From Balamuthia mandrillaris (Eukaryota), in contig JAVKOQ020000012.1 of NCBI GenBank assembly GCA_031835245.2, positions 124,001-188,000 on the forward strand: a stretch of 64,000 nt of DNA. Reading direction: 5' to 3'. Shown here in pieces: positions 1 to 11,911 of the stretch (position 1 is the first letter of the stretch; the number at the start of each line of letters is the position of its first letter). Position numbers and translations under genes: made by a program. Under the pieces are notes generated by a model. It worked only from the letters and a program-made list of their open reading frames with translations. It did not search any database and was not told the origin of the DNA.

Positions 1-1380
1 CACCGGGATGGATTGTTGGGAGTAAGGGCTGTCCTGCCATTGGCCCAAAAGGCTGACGAGGAGGTTGTTAGGGAACCTGCGGTAGAGCAGCTGGGACAGG
101 AAGTACAAGTTGGAGACGAGGGCGGTCTGCAGGATGATAGGGATGTTGGAAGTGTAGAAGAGCTTGATGGGGTAGGTGCCAGGACCGCTGCGTTGGCGTT
201 GGTACTTGACGGGGAGGTCCACACGGAAGCCCTGGAAGTAGATGACAATGGTGAAGACCAAGACGGTGGCCAACAAGTTGGTCACGTTGGGAAGACCCTG
301 CCTGTAGAAGGCCTCCTTCAGGGCTCTGACCTTATCGGTCCTGGTGATCAAGAGGTGCACCATGGCGATCAAAGCTCCCTCAAACTCAGTTCCACGGCCC
401 GTGTTGACCGTGGTGGGACTGAGAGCCTTCCACACAATGTTCTCGCAAATGTTGGTGGCAATGAAAAGAGAGATACCGCTGCCAAGACCGTAGCCCTTTT
501 GCAAGAGCTCATCCAAACAGATGACGAGCACACCAGAGATGAAGAGCTGGATGATAATCATCAGGGCATTACCAGCTCCGAGATCGGCCAAGTCTCCGTA
601 CATTCCGGACCACACGTAGGCCATAGACTGACCAATGGTGATGATCATACCAAACACTGCATTTTTTTATGAGAAAACGTAAGAAGAAAGTAGAAGTGAG
701 AGGAGAGTTCAGGCGCCAGCGGGGGGAAGGCGTACACTTTTGAGCGCCTCCGAAAAGAGCTCTGTCTTCCTTGAGGCTTTGATCGACTTCGATGATGTGA
801 CTGCCAGCGAGGAGCTGCATCACAAGGCCAGAGGTAACAATGGGGGAAATACCGAGCTCCATCAAGGTACCCCTGTTCGAGGCCAAGATGACACGCATCC
901 AGTAGAACGGATCGGAAGAGTCACTGGACTTGATGCCATAGAGAGGAATCTGACAGCAAACCAAAAAGAGAAACAGGGTCACTGCGGTCCACAACACTTT
1001 CTCCCTGAAGGGAACCTATTGATCAAAAAACGCGCACAAGGGGAAGCAACGGGTGAGAAAAAGATCAAGGGGGGATAAGATTGAAAACGGAGAGTCGCAC
1101 CTTCTTCTCAGGTTGGGCAACCTCGGGCAAGACGCCCATAAAAGGCCGCACAAGCGTCAAAAAGCGCACTGATTTGAGGGAAAAGACAGATTTTTTTGAA
1201 CTCGGTCAGTGAGAAACAAAAATCAAAAAATCAAACGAGAACTCGAAACACAACAGAAAACTAAAAGAAAGCAAAGAAAGAAAGAAAGAAAGATTTCTTT
1301 TTCTCCAGCGTCACTGCACAAAAACAAAAATAAAAAAACAGGGAACAATCCCAAGCAAACGCACCTCCTTTGGAACTCAT
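1..1380 (-). CDS. SEC61A: Protein transport protein Sec61 subunit alpha (spliced; 3' part runs off window start)
   Basis: Exons read [28 protein letters not shown], then [56 protein letters not shown]. These are hallmark Sec61a/SecY motifs. GT-AG introns; ATG at 1380. Confidence 0.97.
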
Positions 1381-2028
1381 GCTGTTGTGATATGTGTGTG
1401 TTTAGTTTGTGCAATCCCTCCAATCAGGCCAAAAAAAAATAATAATAATCTACTTTGCTCGTGTGCACGCGACAAAGTAGCAGCAAAAGCGGGTTTGTTG
1501 CTTGTTTACACTCCCTGCTGGAACAGAGAGAGAGAGAAAGAGGAGGGGGAGAAAAAAAAGTGTTTGAGTGTGTGTTTGGTTTTTTGTACCGAGAAAGAAA
1601 AGAAAAGAAATAGGCAAACCCAACAACAACACGAAAAAAAAAAAAGGGAAAACGAGGAGAGCCCAGAGCCCACAGAGAGGAGTGACAAGACAGCACACAG
1701 CACGCTACGCAAAAAAGAAAGAAAATAGACAAAAAGTTCGCTCGAAAAGAAATCGAAAATAGGCCAACAAAAGGAAATTGGGGGGACCACGTCAGCCGGT
1801 TTGACCGCGTTGACTGCAGGGCTTGAGGGGTGGGCGGTTTGTTGGAAGGTCGCCATTGGCCGCTGAAAATTTTCAAACCTCGGTGTTTGAATTGTGATTG
1901 GACCTGGGGTTCGTTTCGAACAATTTTTGTTTGTTTCCCGTCTCGATTGTTTTCTGCGTTACTTTCTTTGGATTTTCTCTCCGCTCTTCTTCGCACCGAG
2001 GGTGCCTCTCGGCCTTTCTCTCTGATCT

Positions 2029-3810
2029 CTACTCTTGCGTTACTTCAACACTTTCGGCGTCGGGCCGCAGCTCCATCTCGTCGTACTCCTGAGCGTGATG
2101 ATGGCCGGGCAGGTTATCGCCTTCTGTTGCTTGCATAAAGTCGCACGGCGCTGTCCGGTGGGCAAGCTGTAGGCGATGCAGTCCACCATCCTCCCCAGCT
2201 GCTTCTGCGGCACACTGCGCGGCAGCCTGCTGCTGTTCGGGGTGAGATAGCGGAGGCTCAGGGAGAGAGGTTTCAAAAAGGGACATGTGGGAAGAGGAAG
2301 GGTCGGTGGTGTCTGTCAAGTTGTCTGAGGAGAGAAAGGCGTGATGTTGTTGCTGTTGTAGGTTTGAAAATGAAAGCTGAGAAGAAGAAAGAGGAGGGGA
2401 AGTAAGATGATGAAGCGGGGAAGAAGGTGGAAGAGGAGGCGAGTGAGAAGTAGGCATTGATGTTGATGTTTGTTCGGTTGTAGGTGTAGCCTCGTTTTCC
2501 AATGCAGGCTCTATAATCGGTGGTTCCTCCACTTGCAGCTCTTTTTGCTTTCGGACACTCCACTGAAAGCCCAAGCTCTCCAACAAAGCAATCTGCTCCG
2601 GTTTCAAGGTACCTTTCTTGTACTTGTAACGCATGTTGTGCACCCAATGACCCAACTTGAAGTCCTTGCCGTAGTTGCGCGGAACACAGCAGGTGTGAAA
2701 CTTCTCCTTGTACCGCTTCAATTCCTCAAAGCCATCATCCCACGTGCTCTGCTCCATGAGTTGCCATTCAAAGTCGAGCTGCTGCAGCTTAGCCTCCAAC
2801 TCAGGACTCAAGGAGCCCCTCTTTCGCTTCCTCCTCATTTCGTGCGTCCAATTGGCCAAAGCGGGGTTCTCCTCCCATCCTATAGGCACCCTGCAATGGC
2901 CGAAACGCTCTTTGAACTGCACCAACTGCTCATACTTCTCCTCCCAACGGTTCTTTCTGACCTCCCACTCAAATCCGATTGAGTTCAGCAGCTCCACCTT
3001 CAGAGGATTGAGCTTGCCCTGTCTCTTCCTCGTTCTCAAGTGGCCCACCCACACACCCAACATTGGGTCAGCTTTGTAGCGTTGCGGGACTCTACAGTGC
3101 CCAAAGCTGGCTCTGAAAGCCTTCAAGGCTTCGAAGCGGAGTGGCCATGTGCCAGATTCCAAAGGAGAAGTTGATTCCCTGCGCTTCTTTCGTTTCTTGG
3201 TTTGCTGTGTTTGGTCGTCGTTATTGGTGTTGTCAGTGGCAGGACTTGTGATACTGTTGTTGTCGTGGTTTGTATGGGAGTCAATAACCTCTCTCCCCGC
3301 CTCTGCCTCTGCCTCTTCCTCTTCGCCTTCCTCCGCTGTTCCGCGGCAAACCAAGGACTCTGGGAACGTTGTCTGTCGTGAAGCTTCAAAAAAGAAGAGA
3401 CAGCAAGAAAGGATTCAGTTTCAAGGAGACTTGACGCAGCAAAGACACGCGCACTCACCTCTCGTCACTACATGCGACTGTTGCATCACTTCTGGAACCA
3501 TGACAGAGGCCGGGTCCTTGATAAAAGGAGGTACAGACCCCGATGGAAGCGTGGCGTGCAGCATCGCAGCAGGAGAGTCCCCCCTGGAAGGAAAGAAGGG
3601 AGTGTTTAGCATCGTCACGCACAAGATCGTGAACACACACAAACAGTACCACGATGGGCCGGATATGATTTTCCATTGCTCTCCGTAACTTGCAAGTTCC
3701 GTTCTTTGCCGTTTTGGCATAAAATATTCCTTTGGCCTATTGCTTGCGTCGTCCACGTCCGGGTCCGATCGAACGTCCACGTCCGGGTCTTGTCGGCCGC
3801 TGGTTTCCAT
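2029..3810 (-). CDS. Helicase-associated (HA) repeat protein with three HA domains and low-complexity flanks; no helicase core seen
   Basis: Three repeats of W..(F/Y)E.L..(F/Y)...(G/H)(H/T)C.VP......L..W....R......L......L...(G/D)F.W. The upstream exons (ATG 3810) join via GT-AG introns. Confidence 0.8.
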
Positions 3811-3990
3811 CTTAGCTTTTTTTTTTATTGTTTACAAATTTTTCCTGTAAAAATTTCGTGACGGAAATTTAATCTTATCAATCGATCGATCATAAAAAAC
3901 AAAGAAAGAAAAAAAAAAGGGTAGCAGCAACCAAGTTAACAAAAAAGGCCTTTTGCTGTCTGGTGCTTCTAAGGTTGGCTTTCTCTTTTT

Positions 3991-4030
<40 letters not shown>

Positions 4031-4146
4031 TCCACCCGTTCTCTCTCTTCTTTACTCTCACACTGTTGTTGGTTCTGTGATCATCATCTTTGCATCCAAA
4101 AAACAAAAAAGTTTCTACTTTATTTAAAACTCCATTCCATCCCTCG

Positions 4147-5653
4147 ATGCAAGCGGACGCGCTCCCCGTAGGCGAACAGGACCGTATAGGACAACAGAGG
4201 GTTGTCTGTGCGTTTATGCAAGAGGCTGGAATGAAACTCAAGTTATATCCTTTCTCTCACAACTCTTTTTTGTTTCTTCGAACACATTTTTGTTTTGTCC
4301 CTTAATGGCCTGTTCGTAGACACGCCACAGCTTTCTATTGCCACCGCCATTGTATTCTTTCATCGTTTCTACGCCAATTGCTCTTGGACGGAATACGACC
4401 CTTACGTAACTTGCCACACCTCTTTTTTCCCTTTTGAATCTTTTTTCACTCTCATTCTCTCGTTTATTTGCCCACTTTCTTCTCCACTCATACCTTTCCT
4501 CTCTGCTTCCCCTCTCCCTCCCCGTTGTGGCTCCTTTTGCTCTCTTTGTTCCTCTCTCGTCTCTCTCACTTCTCTATCCCTTTCTTATGCTTCGCTAACA
4601 CCAATACTTGTGGTTCTAACCACCAAACAGCTCATTGGTACGACCTGCTTATTCCTGGCAGGCAAAGTTGAGGAAACACCCAAAAAGCTGAGGGATGTAC
4701 TCTTGGTGACCCACCACTTACGGTATAAGGTTGAGCTGAAACCTCAAGCACCGGTGCGTCATTTGACAATCGTTTCTTGTTAAGCCGCTTAAGTTTAATG
4801 CTCTGTCCATGTTGCCCCATGCAATCTTTTCAGGAATCCACCAAGCTCAGAGAACAAATTTTATTGTACGAACGGATCGTACTACAAAATATTGCTTTCA
4901 ACCTTACTGTAGAACATCCTTACAAATACCTGTTGTCGTTTGTGAAGTCTATTCAAGGTCTGTTCCCAATCTCTCCCTCTTCGTCTTCGCAGTCCATTTT
5001 TCCCTATCATACATATTGCATTATATTGCCAACACCGAAGCTGCACCAACAACAGGCGACCAAAACCTTGCTCAGGTGGCCTGGAATTTTGTGAATGATA
5101 GGTCTCTTCTTCTCCCTTAACCTTAAGTTTGTATCGACATTAATTTTTATGTTTTGCTTGCTTTCAGCCTCCGCACAACGCTATGCTTGCAGTATGAACC
5201 AAAGTTGATCGCCATCGCGGCCATCTATCTAGCATCCAAGTTTCTCAATTACAAACTTCCTGAGGCAGACAACAAACCCTGGTGGGAGGACCTTGGTTTT
5301 AAAATAGAAGATTTAGACCGTATGCTTTTTCTCTCCTTGCTCTTTTCTTTTTCCTCTCTCGTTGATTTGCTTGCCCCAGCTTTACTGTATTCTCCTTTGT
5401 CGCTAACAAACTACCTCCTTCATGCAGATGTAAGCAATCAAATATTGGACTTGTACGATTCACAAACCCCAGAAGGCGGGGGTGCCAGTTCAGAAAGCGG
5501 TGTAAATAGTGATGGGCCGAGTGAAGTAAATGAGGTACCACATCTTTTTATTTTCTAACTGTTGCATGCCATACCATAAAAAGCTGATACAGAAGCCAGA
5601 AACAAAAGCAGAAAGAAAAAGAGGCGTCGCCTTCTACGAGCAATGGCCATTAA
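4147..5653 (+). CDS. Cyclin K/T-family transcriptional cyclin (spliced; 3' end approximate)
   Basis: FMQEAGMKLKL/PQLSIATAIVFFHRFY, LFLAGKVEETPKKLRDV, ERIVLQNIAFNLTVEHPYKYL, AWNFVNDS/LRTTLCLQYEP..IAIAAIYLA. Confidence 0.92.
4245..4323 (+). other. U12-type (minor spliceosome) AT-AC intron in the cyclin gene
   Basis: 5' end ATATCCTTT; branch-like TCCCTTAAT at 4298-4306; 3' end AC at 4322-4323. Removal restores the frame (..KLKL|PQLSIATA..). Confidence 0.9.
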
Positions 5654-5822
5654 ACACCCTTCTATTCGTTCTTTGATCTTTTTTGCTTCGATATTGTTTG
5701 TCGAGTTCCTTTCATTCACTCCTAGGAATGCAGACATCATCGAAACACAAAACAAAGACTTATTTATTTTTCGCTCTTTTTTTTTCTTTCCTCTTTCCTT
5801 CCTTCCTTTTTTTTTAAAAAAA

Positions 5823-8586
5823 TTAGTTTGCAGCTGCTGAATCATCCACTGAAAGCAAAACCGTTCCTGCTTCTACCGTTTGGCCTTCCTTGACAAACAA
5901 CTTCAAGGTGCCTTCACGCTGCGCGCACACCTTGCTCTCCATCTTCATCGACTCCATAATGAGCACTGGTTGCCCTTTCTTCAAGCGAGCTCCATCCTGG
6001 CATAACACCTGCTTGATCTGGCCGGGCATAGGCGCCGTGTACCCTCCTTCTTCTGACACAGCATCGCTCCTTGCACCCAAGCGGCTGCGCTTCTCCAGGA
6101 ACCACTCCCTCTCGCCAAAGATAGGGCAGTGCAGGAAGATTTCGTTTCGTTCCTCCTCTTCGCCTTGCTCTTCCACGCCCTCTTTCTCTCTGGAGATGAT
6201 CATCCATCTTCTTCTTGCGCCGTTGATGCTTATCTCCGTCGCTTCTTTATCACACCGGTACAAGACAACTTCAAGGTCATCCTTTGTGCGGTTCATGTCA
6301 TCCCCAAGTTGTTGAGGCTTCGTCTTCTGCTTCTTCGTTTTCTTAGAGGACCGAGAAACAGTGGCCCGAACCAAGAACTTGTGGACAGTCTTATCCCCAA
6401 CGCTGGGCTCCACACCTCTGGGTCTGCTCCGAGTAGGCACATATCTATACTTTACTTCCACCTCTTCATTTCCCTCCTCTGCCTCTTGCTTGTTGTTGTA
6501 TTGTCGCAGCACGAACCGTTGGCTCTGGTATCTGATTAAAATTTACACAAGTGAGTAAACCCACAAATGAAAGTTCTTGCGAGAATGCGGAGATGAGGTG
6601 GGCTAGAGGGCTACAGAAACGCCCATCCACTTCCCATCGGTGCACCCCCATATGGCTCCATCGGGCAACACTACGCAACGAGACTCCCAAAATACCACAC
6701 AACGAAATATCACTTACCTGTAGGGGCTGTTCCTCCAACCTGAGGGAATGTGCCTGAGCAGCCTTATCTTTGCAGGATGGTTGCGCTGGTACCAGTCCCA
6801 AACGGTTGCAGCAATGCCGACCTCTTTCTCCGCAACCAAGTGTGCAAAATGAGGTACACCATTGCGTTCTCCTTCTATTCCGTTGGTCCGTCTTTGTCTT
6901 CTCTCCTCTTCTGATGGAGTTGGTTTTAAGAGTTCATCCAAGTGTTGCTCGATAAAGTGGGTTGTGAAATCACCCTCTTTGAACTTGGGATGGTCCAAGC
7001 ACCGCAACAAAAACGCTTTGTTGGTTTGTAATCCCATCACTACCGTTTCTTTGAGCGCTTTGCGCAGAATGCGAATGGCCTCCTCTCTGTTTGCTCCATA
7101 ACTTATCACCTTGCATATCATTGGGTCATAGTAAATGCTGATTTCGGAACCTGTATTTTGTCACAAGTAAACAAACAAGAGGATAAGCATAAACAAGGCG
7201 CGCAAGAGAGAAAAGTTACCTGTTTTAACACCAGAATCGTACCGAATACTTTCTGGCGGAAGAGAGGTACAAGGCCTCCATGCCAACAAACGACCTGTGC
7301 ATGGGAAGAACGAGTTGGCTGGATCCTCCGCATACAACCTACACTCAATGGCATGCCCTCGTATCCGCAGTCCTTCCCCATTCTTTGCGTGAAACAAGCC
7401 CAACTGCCGCAAAGCATGTCCCATAGCCAACTTGATCTGCATCTCCACCAGATCCAGTCCAGTAATCGCCTCTGTGATGGGGTGCTCCACTTGCAACCTC
7501 GTGTTGACCTCCAGGAAGTAAAACTTTTGTGTGGTGGGGTCTAAAATAAACTCCACCGTTCCAGCGCCTTGGTACCCCAAAATGGCCCCAATGCTGCTAG
7601 CCGCAGCCCCCATGGCCTCTCTCAATCGTGGAGAGGAGGAAAGCAACAAACAGGGCGTTTCCTCGATGACCTTTTGGTGGCGACGTTGCAGGGAGCACTC
7701 CCTCTCAAAGCAATGCACCACATCGCCATGGCAGTCTCCCAAGATCTGGAACTCCACGTGGCGCACATTGTCAAAGTAACGTTCCACGAGGAGGGTATCG
7801 TCCCCAAAGCTGTTGAGGGCCTCCCGCTTGGCCGCTGCGATGGAATCTTGTAAATCCTCCTTGTGACGGACGATGCGCATGCCTTTGCCACCGCCTCCTG
7901 CGCTCGCTTTTAGCAACACCGGGAAGCCTTTATTTCGTTGGTGGTGAGGAGAAAAAGAAGGGGCCAGGAATGATGAGAACAAAGAGTAAACGAGGAACTC
8001 CAACAAAGAAGAAAAGAAAACAAACCTATTTGACAACATTGGTCAATGAGGAAGGCAGGGTCTTGGTTGTCGCCATTGTAGCCAGGGATGAGGGGGATGG
8101 AAGGGTCATTGGCGGAGAGCAACTCCTTGGCGGCCTTCTTGGAGCCCATGCTGGCGATGCACTGGGAGGAAGGGCCTATGAAGTTGAGTCCCTCTTTCTC
8201 GCATCGAGCAGCAAACTCGGCATTTTCAGAGAGGAAACCATATCCTTGAAAAATGTAGCGATTGATGAGCTTTAAAAAAATGGAAGAAAAAAATTAAGCA
8301 TTGTACCAGGATGGATGGCATCAACCTGAAAGGCACGAGCAACTTCCATGAGTGCCTCCACGTTCAAATAGGAGGCGCGAGGAGGGGATGGGCCGATGAA
8401 GGCGGCTTGATCCGCCAGAGAGCAGTAAGGGGCGTCCCTGTCGCTCTCCGAATAGACGGCAACGGTCTCTATGGCCATTTTCTTGCAAGTCCGTATGATT
8501 CGCTCCGCTATTTCCCCACGGTTGGCAATGAGAACGCGCCGTATGGGCCGAAGACCTCCATGCTCGCCGAGTTCAGGCCCGTCCAT
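5823..8586 (-). CDS. Biotin-dependent acyl-CoA carboxylase alpha subunit (biotin carboxylase + BCCP; MCC/geranyl-CoA carboxylase-like)
   Basis: RVLIANRGEIA, HPGYGFLSEN, KASAGGGGKGMR, ERECSLQRRHQK, FLEVNTRLQVEHP; C-terminal APMPG..ESMKME biotinyl domain. Confidence 0.95.
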
Positions 8587-9156
8587 CTCTCTCTCTCTCT
8601 TCCGCCCCAGCTTTCTCTCTTTACCTTTTGATTTGGTTTTTTGTCGACATCACCTCACTTCTTTTTTGAAATCTGCTTGGCCCGTCGCAGCCAATCACCC
8701 AAAAAGGGGAATTTTCGCTTTCCCATTCCCTCCGATCGTGATCTACCAATCGTGAATCATACGATAGGCCCCTTTTTGGCGACCATTCCGCTCCTCAAGC
8801 GAACAAATCTCGGTGATATCTCGGATAGGTGGATAAAAGGAAAGAAACGAAAGAGAAAAGGAAAGAAAGAGAAAAATAACCAAAAAAAAAAAAAGGTCGC
8901 GGACCAACCAAACGCGCAGAGCCCCCTGCCCACGGCCAGCTCCTCCCCAACCTTAAAAAAAAACTTTACCGTACGTGCTAGATTTCTCTTTTCTTTCTCT
9001 TCTCCGTCTCTGGCGCATGAGTGAACGAACTCTTGTTTTCGCCGGGGGAGGTGACCGTTTCGTTTTTTGTAATTCCTTCCTTTTTTTAAAAAAAATAAAA
9101 ACAAAAAAAAAAATAGCGTTTCAAGGGCAACACATCTGCTTGCAGAACAAACAACC

Positions 9157-10765
9157 ATGTTGCGTGGCAGTTCATTCTTGTGGTCGAGGGGTAAGCTTAC
9201 CACCGTTTCATTTTCGTGAGCTCTCTTTTGCTTTGATGTGTGTGTGTGTGTGTGTTACCGTCTCTCTCTCTCTCTCTCTCTGTCCTTTCTCTTCATTTGC
9301 ACTGTTGTTCCTTTCTTTTCTCTGAGCCACACATTATTTTTAAAAAAAATGCGACACGCGATGGGTTGCTTTTCTTCACTTGACTTATTTTTTTAATCGT
9401 CTTGGTTTTCATGACTTGTTTCTCTTTGTAAGCTTTGAGCTTGTACCCGATTTTTGCTCGATTTGTTGAACTTTTTTCTTTGCGTTACAAAAGAAGAGAG
9501 ATGAATTTTTTCACCCAATTTCTCGTTTTTTTTTTAAAAAATATTTGTTGGTCTCTCTCAGGAGACCGACCATTTAAAAGAATGAAGGACCGGTGCTTTC
9601 ATTCTCTCGTTTTCTCTTCTGGCTTTAGTTGATTCACAGTAAAAATCGCTCCTTCAACACTCAAAAAAACTTTTTTTCCGCTCTCCATTAGGTTCCTCTT
9701 CCTTCCTCGTCATGTCCTCCACATTTCGCCCTGCTGCTCCTTTCGTACGTTTTCTCGACTTTTCTACTCTTCTTTGTCTCTCTCGCTCTCTCGCTCTTTC
9801 TGTTTACGGTTTCTTTGGAAACACAAAAACCAACGCCATTTAAACAGGGTTCCGTTAAAGGCTTTGGTGGTCGGAGCTTCCACAGCAACATCAGAGACGC
9901 CACTCGCAACGTGGAAGTCATCTCCTTCGTAGAGAAGCATGCCAACCTCATGCAACCCGACAAGATCCACGTCTGTGATGGCAGCGAGGAGGAAGCTCAC
10001 CGCCTCTATGAGGAGATGTGCAGCGCCGGCGTACTGCAAAAGTTGCCCAAGCGTCCCAACTCCTACCTCGCTCGCTCTGATCCCAAAGACGTGGCCCGAG
10101 TGGAGCGTTGCACCTACATCTGCTCAGATAAGAAGGTGGACGCCGGTCCCACTAACAACTGGATGGATCCCAAGGAGATGAGGCGTCTCTTGAGCAAGAA
10201 GTTCAACGGTAGTATGAAGGGAAGGACCATGTACGTGGTACCCTTCAGCATGGGTCCCGTAAACTCTCCCATGTCCAAGATTGGCATCCAACTTACCGAC
10301 AGTCCTTATGCCGCTGTTAACATGAGGATCATGACTCGTATGGGCGACAAAGTAAGTTTTCTCCTGTGCGTTCGTGCTACTTCATGGCCCTTTTTGACTT
10401 TTTCGCCTCACTGCAACAGATTTTGAAAAGTCTGGACGATGGCAGACGTCCCTTCATACCGTGCGTGCACTCCGTGGGAGCTCCATTGGAACAGGGCGAA
10501 AGAGACTCCACTTGGCCGTGCAACGATGAGAAGTACATCGTCCACTTCCCAGAGACCCGAGAGATCTGGTCCTACGGCAGTGGCTACGGCGGTAACGCCC
10601 TGCTGGGAAAGAAGTGCTTTGCTCTGCGTATCGCCTCAGCCATGGCTAGGGATGAGGGTTGGCTAGCCGAACACATGCTCATCCTTGGTCTTACCAACCC
10701 TGAGGGCAGGAAGAGATATATTGCTGCTGCTTTCCCCAGCGCCTGCGGTAAAACCAATCTGGTAT

Positions 10766-10804
<39 letters not shown>

Positions 10805-10970
10805 GGCTCTTTTAACAAAAATCGAATTATTAGGCAATGATGAAACCTCACTTGCCAGGCTGGAAAGTACAGACCGTTGGTGACGACATTGCTTGGATGA
10901 AGTTTGGTGCTGATGGAAGGTTGTGGGCTATCAACCCTGAGAACGGCTTCTTCGGTGTTGCTCCTGGAAC

Positions 10971-11012
<42 letters not shown>

Positions 11013-11911
11013 AACTCTGCTCACAATATTTCTTCCATTTCCAGTCGATGGACTCCAACTCGAACGCCATGCTCAGCATTACAAAGAACTGCATCTTCAC
11101 CAACTGTGCCCTCACTGATGACGGCGACGTTTGGTGGGAGGGCATGACCAAGGAGAAGCCCGCCCATCTGATCGACTGGCAGGGTAAGGACTGGACGCCC
11201 CAATCCCAAACACCCGCTGCCCACCCCAACGCCCGCTTCACCGCTCCCTCTTCCCAATGCCCCGTCATCGATCCCAACTGGGAGCGCCCAGAGGGAGTGC
11301 CCATCTCCGCCATTCTCTTTGGAGGCAGGAGAAAGAGTGTGGTGCCGTTGGTCTATGAGGCTTTCAACTGGCAACACGGTACTTATATCGGCGCCAGCGT
11401 GGCCTCCGAGCCTACAGCCGCCGCCGAGACCCAAAAGGGAGTTACGCTGCGTCACGACCCCTTCGCCATGCTGCCCTTCTGCGGCTACAACATGGCCGAT
11501 TACTTTGCCCACTGGTTGGAGATCGGTAAGATGGCTAAGGAGCCCGAGAAACTGCCCAAGATCTTCTCCGTCAATTGGTTCCGAAGAGGCGCCGACGGCA
11601 AGTTCCTCTGGCCTGGCTTTGGAGACAATGCTCGCGTCTTGGAATGGGTGTTTGACAGGACGTCCGTCAAGCCCTCGGACAACGTTCAGGAGAGTCCCAT
11701 CGGATATCTACCCAAGCACTTGAATGTGGAGGGCTTGGATGTATCGAAGGAGACCATGGAGGAGCTCTTTAGGGTGAACCCTGAGGACTGGCAGAAGGAG
11801 GTTACTGAGATGAAAGAGTACACCGCTCAGTTTGGAGATCGTTTGCCTGCCGGCATCAAGCAGGAAATGGAGAGCCTCGAGCGTCGTCTCAAGGCCGCTT
11901 CTTCTTCGTAG
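9157..11911 (+). CDS. PCK2: Phosphoenolpyruvate carboxykinase (GTP), with predicted mitochondrial presequence
   Basis: [77 protein letters not shown]. Small upstream exons 9157-9190 and 9692-9744 splice in frame to give [29 protein letters not shown]. Confidence 0.96.

Noticed and set aside
13..1078. Plus-strand ORFs of 219 and 112 aa
   Set aside because: Antisense shadows of Sec61-alpha exons
5102..5168. Another cyclin intron containing TCCCTTAAC, a possible U12 branch site
   Set aside because: The donor is GTCTCT rather than GTATCC, and the motif lies near the 5' end, too far from the acceptor
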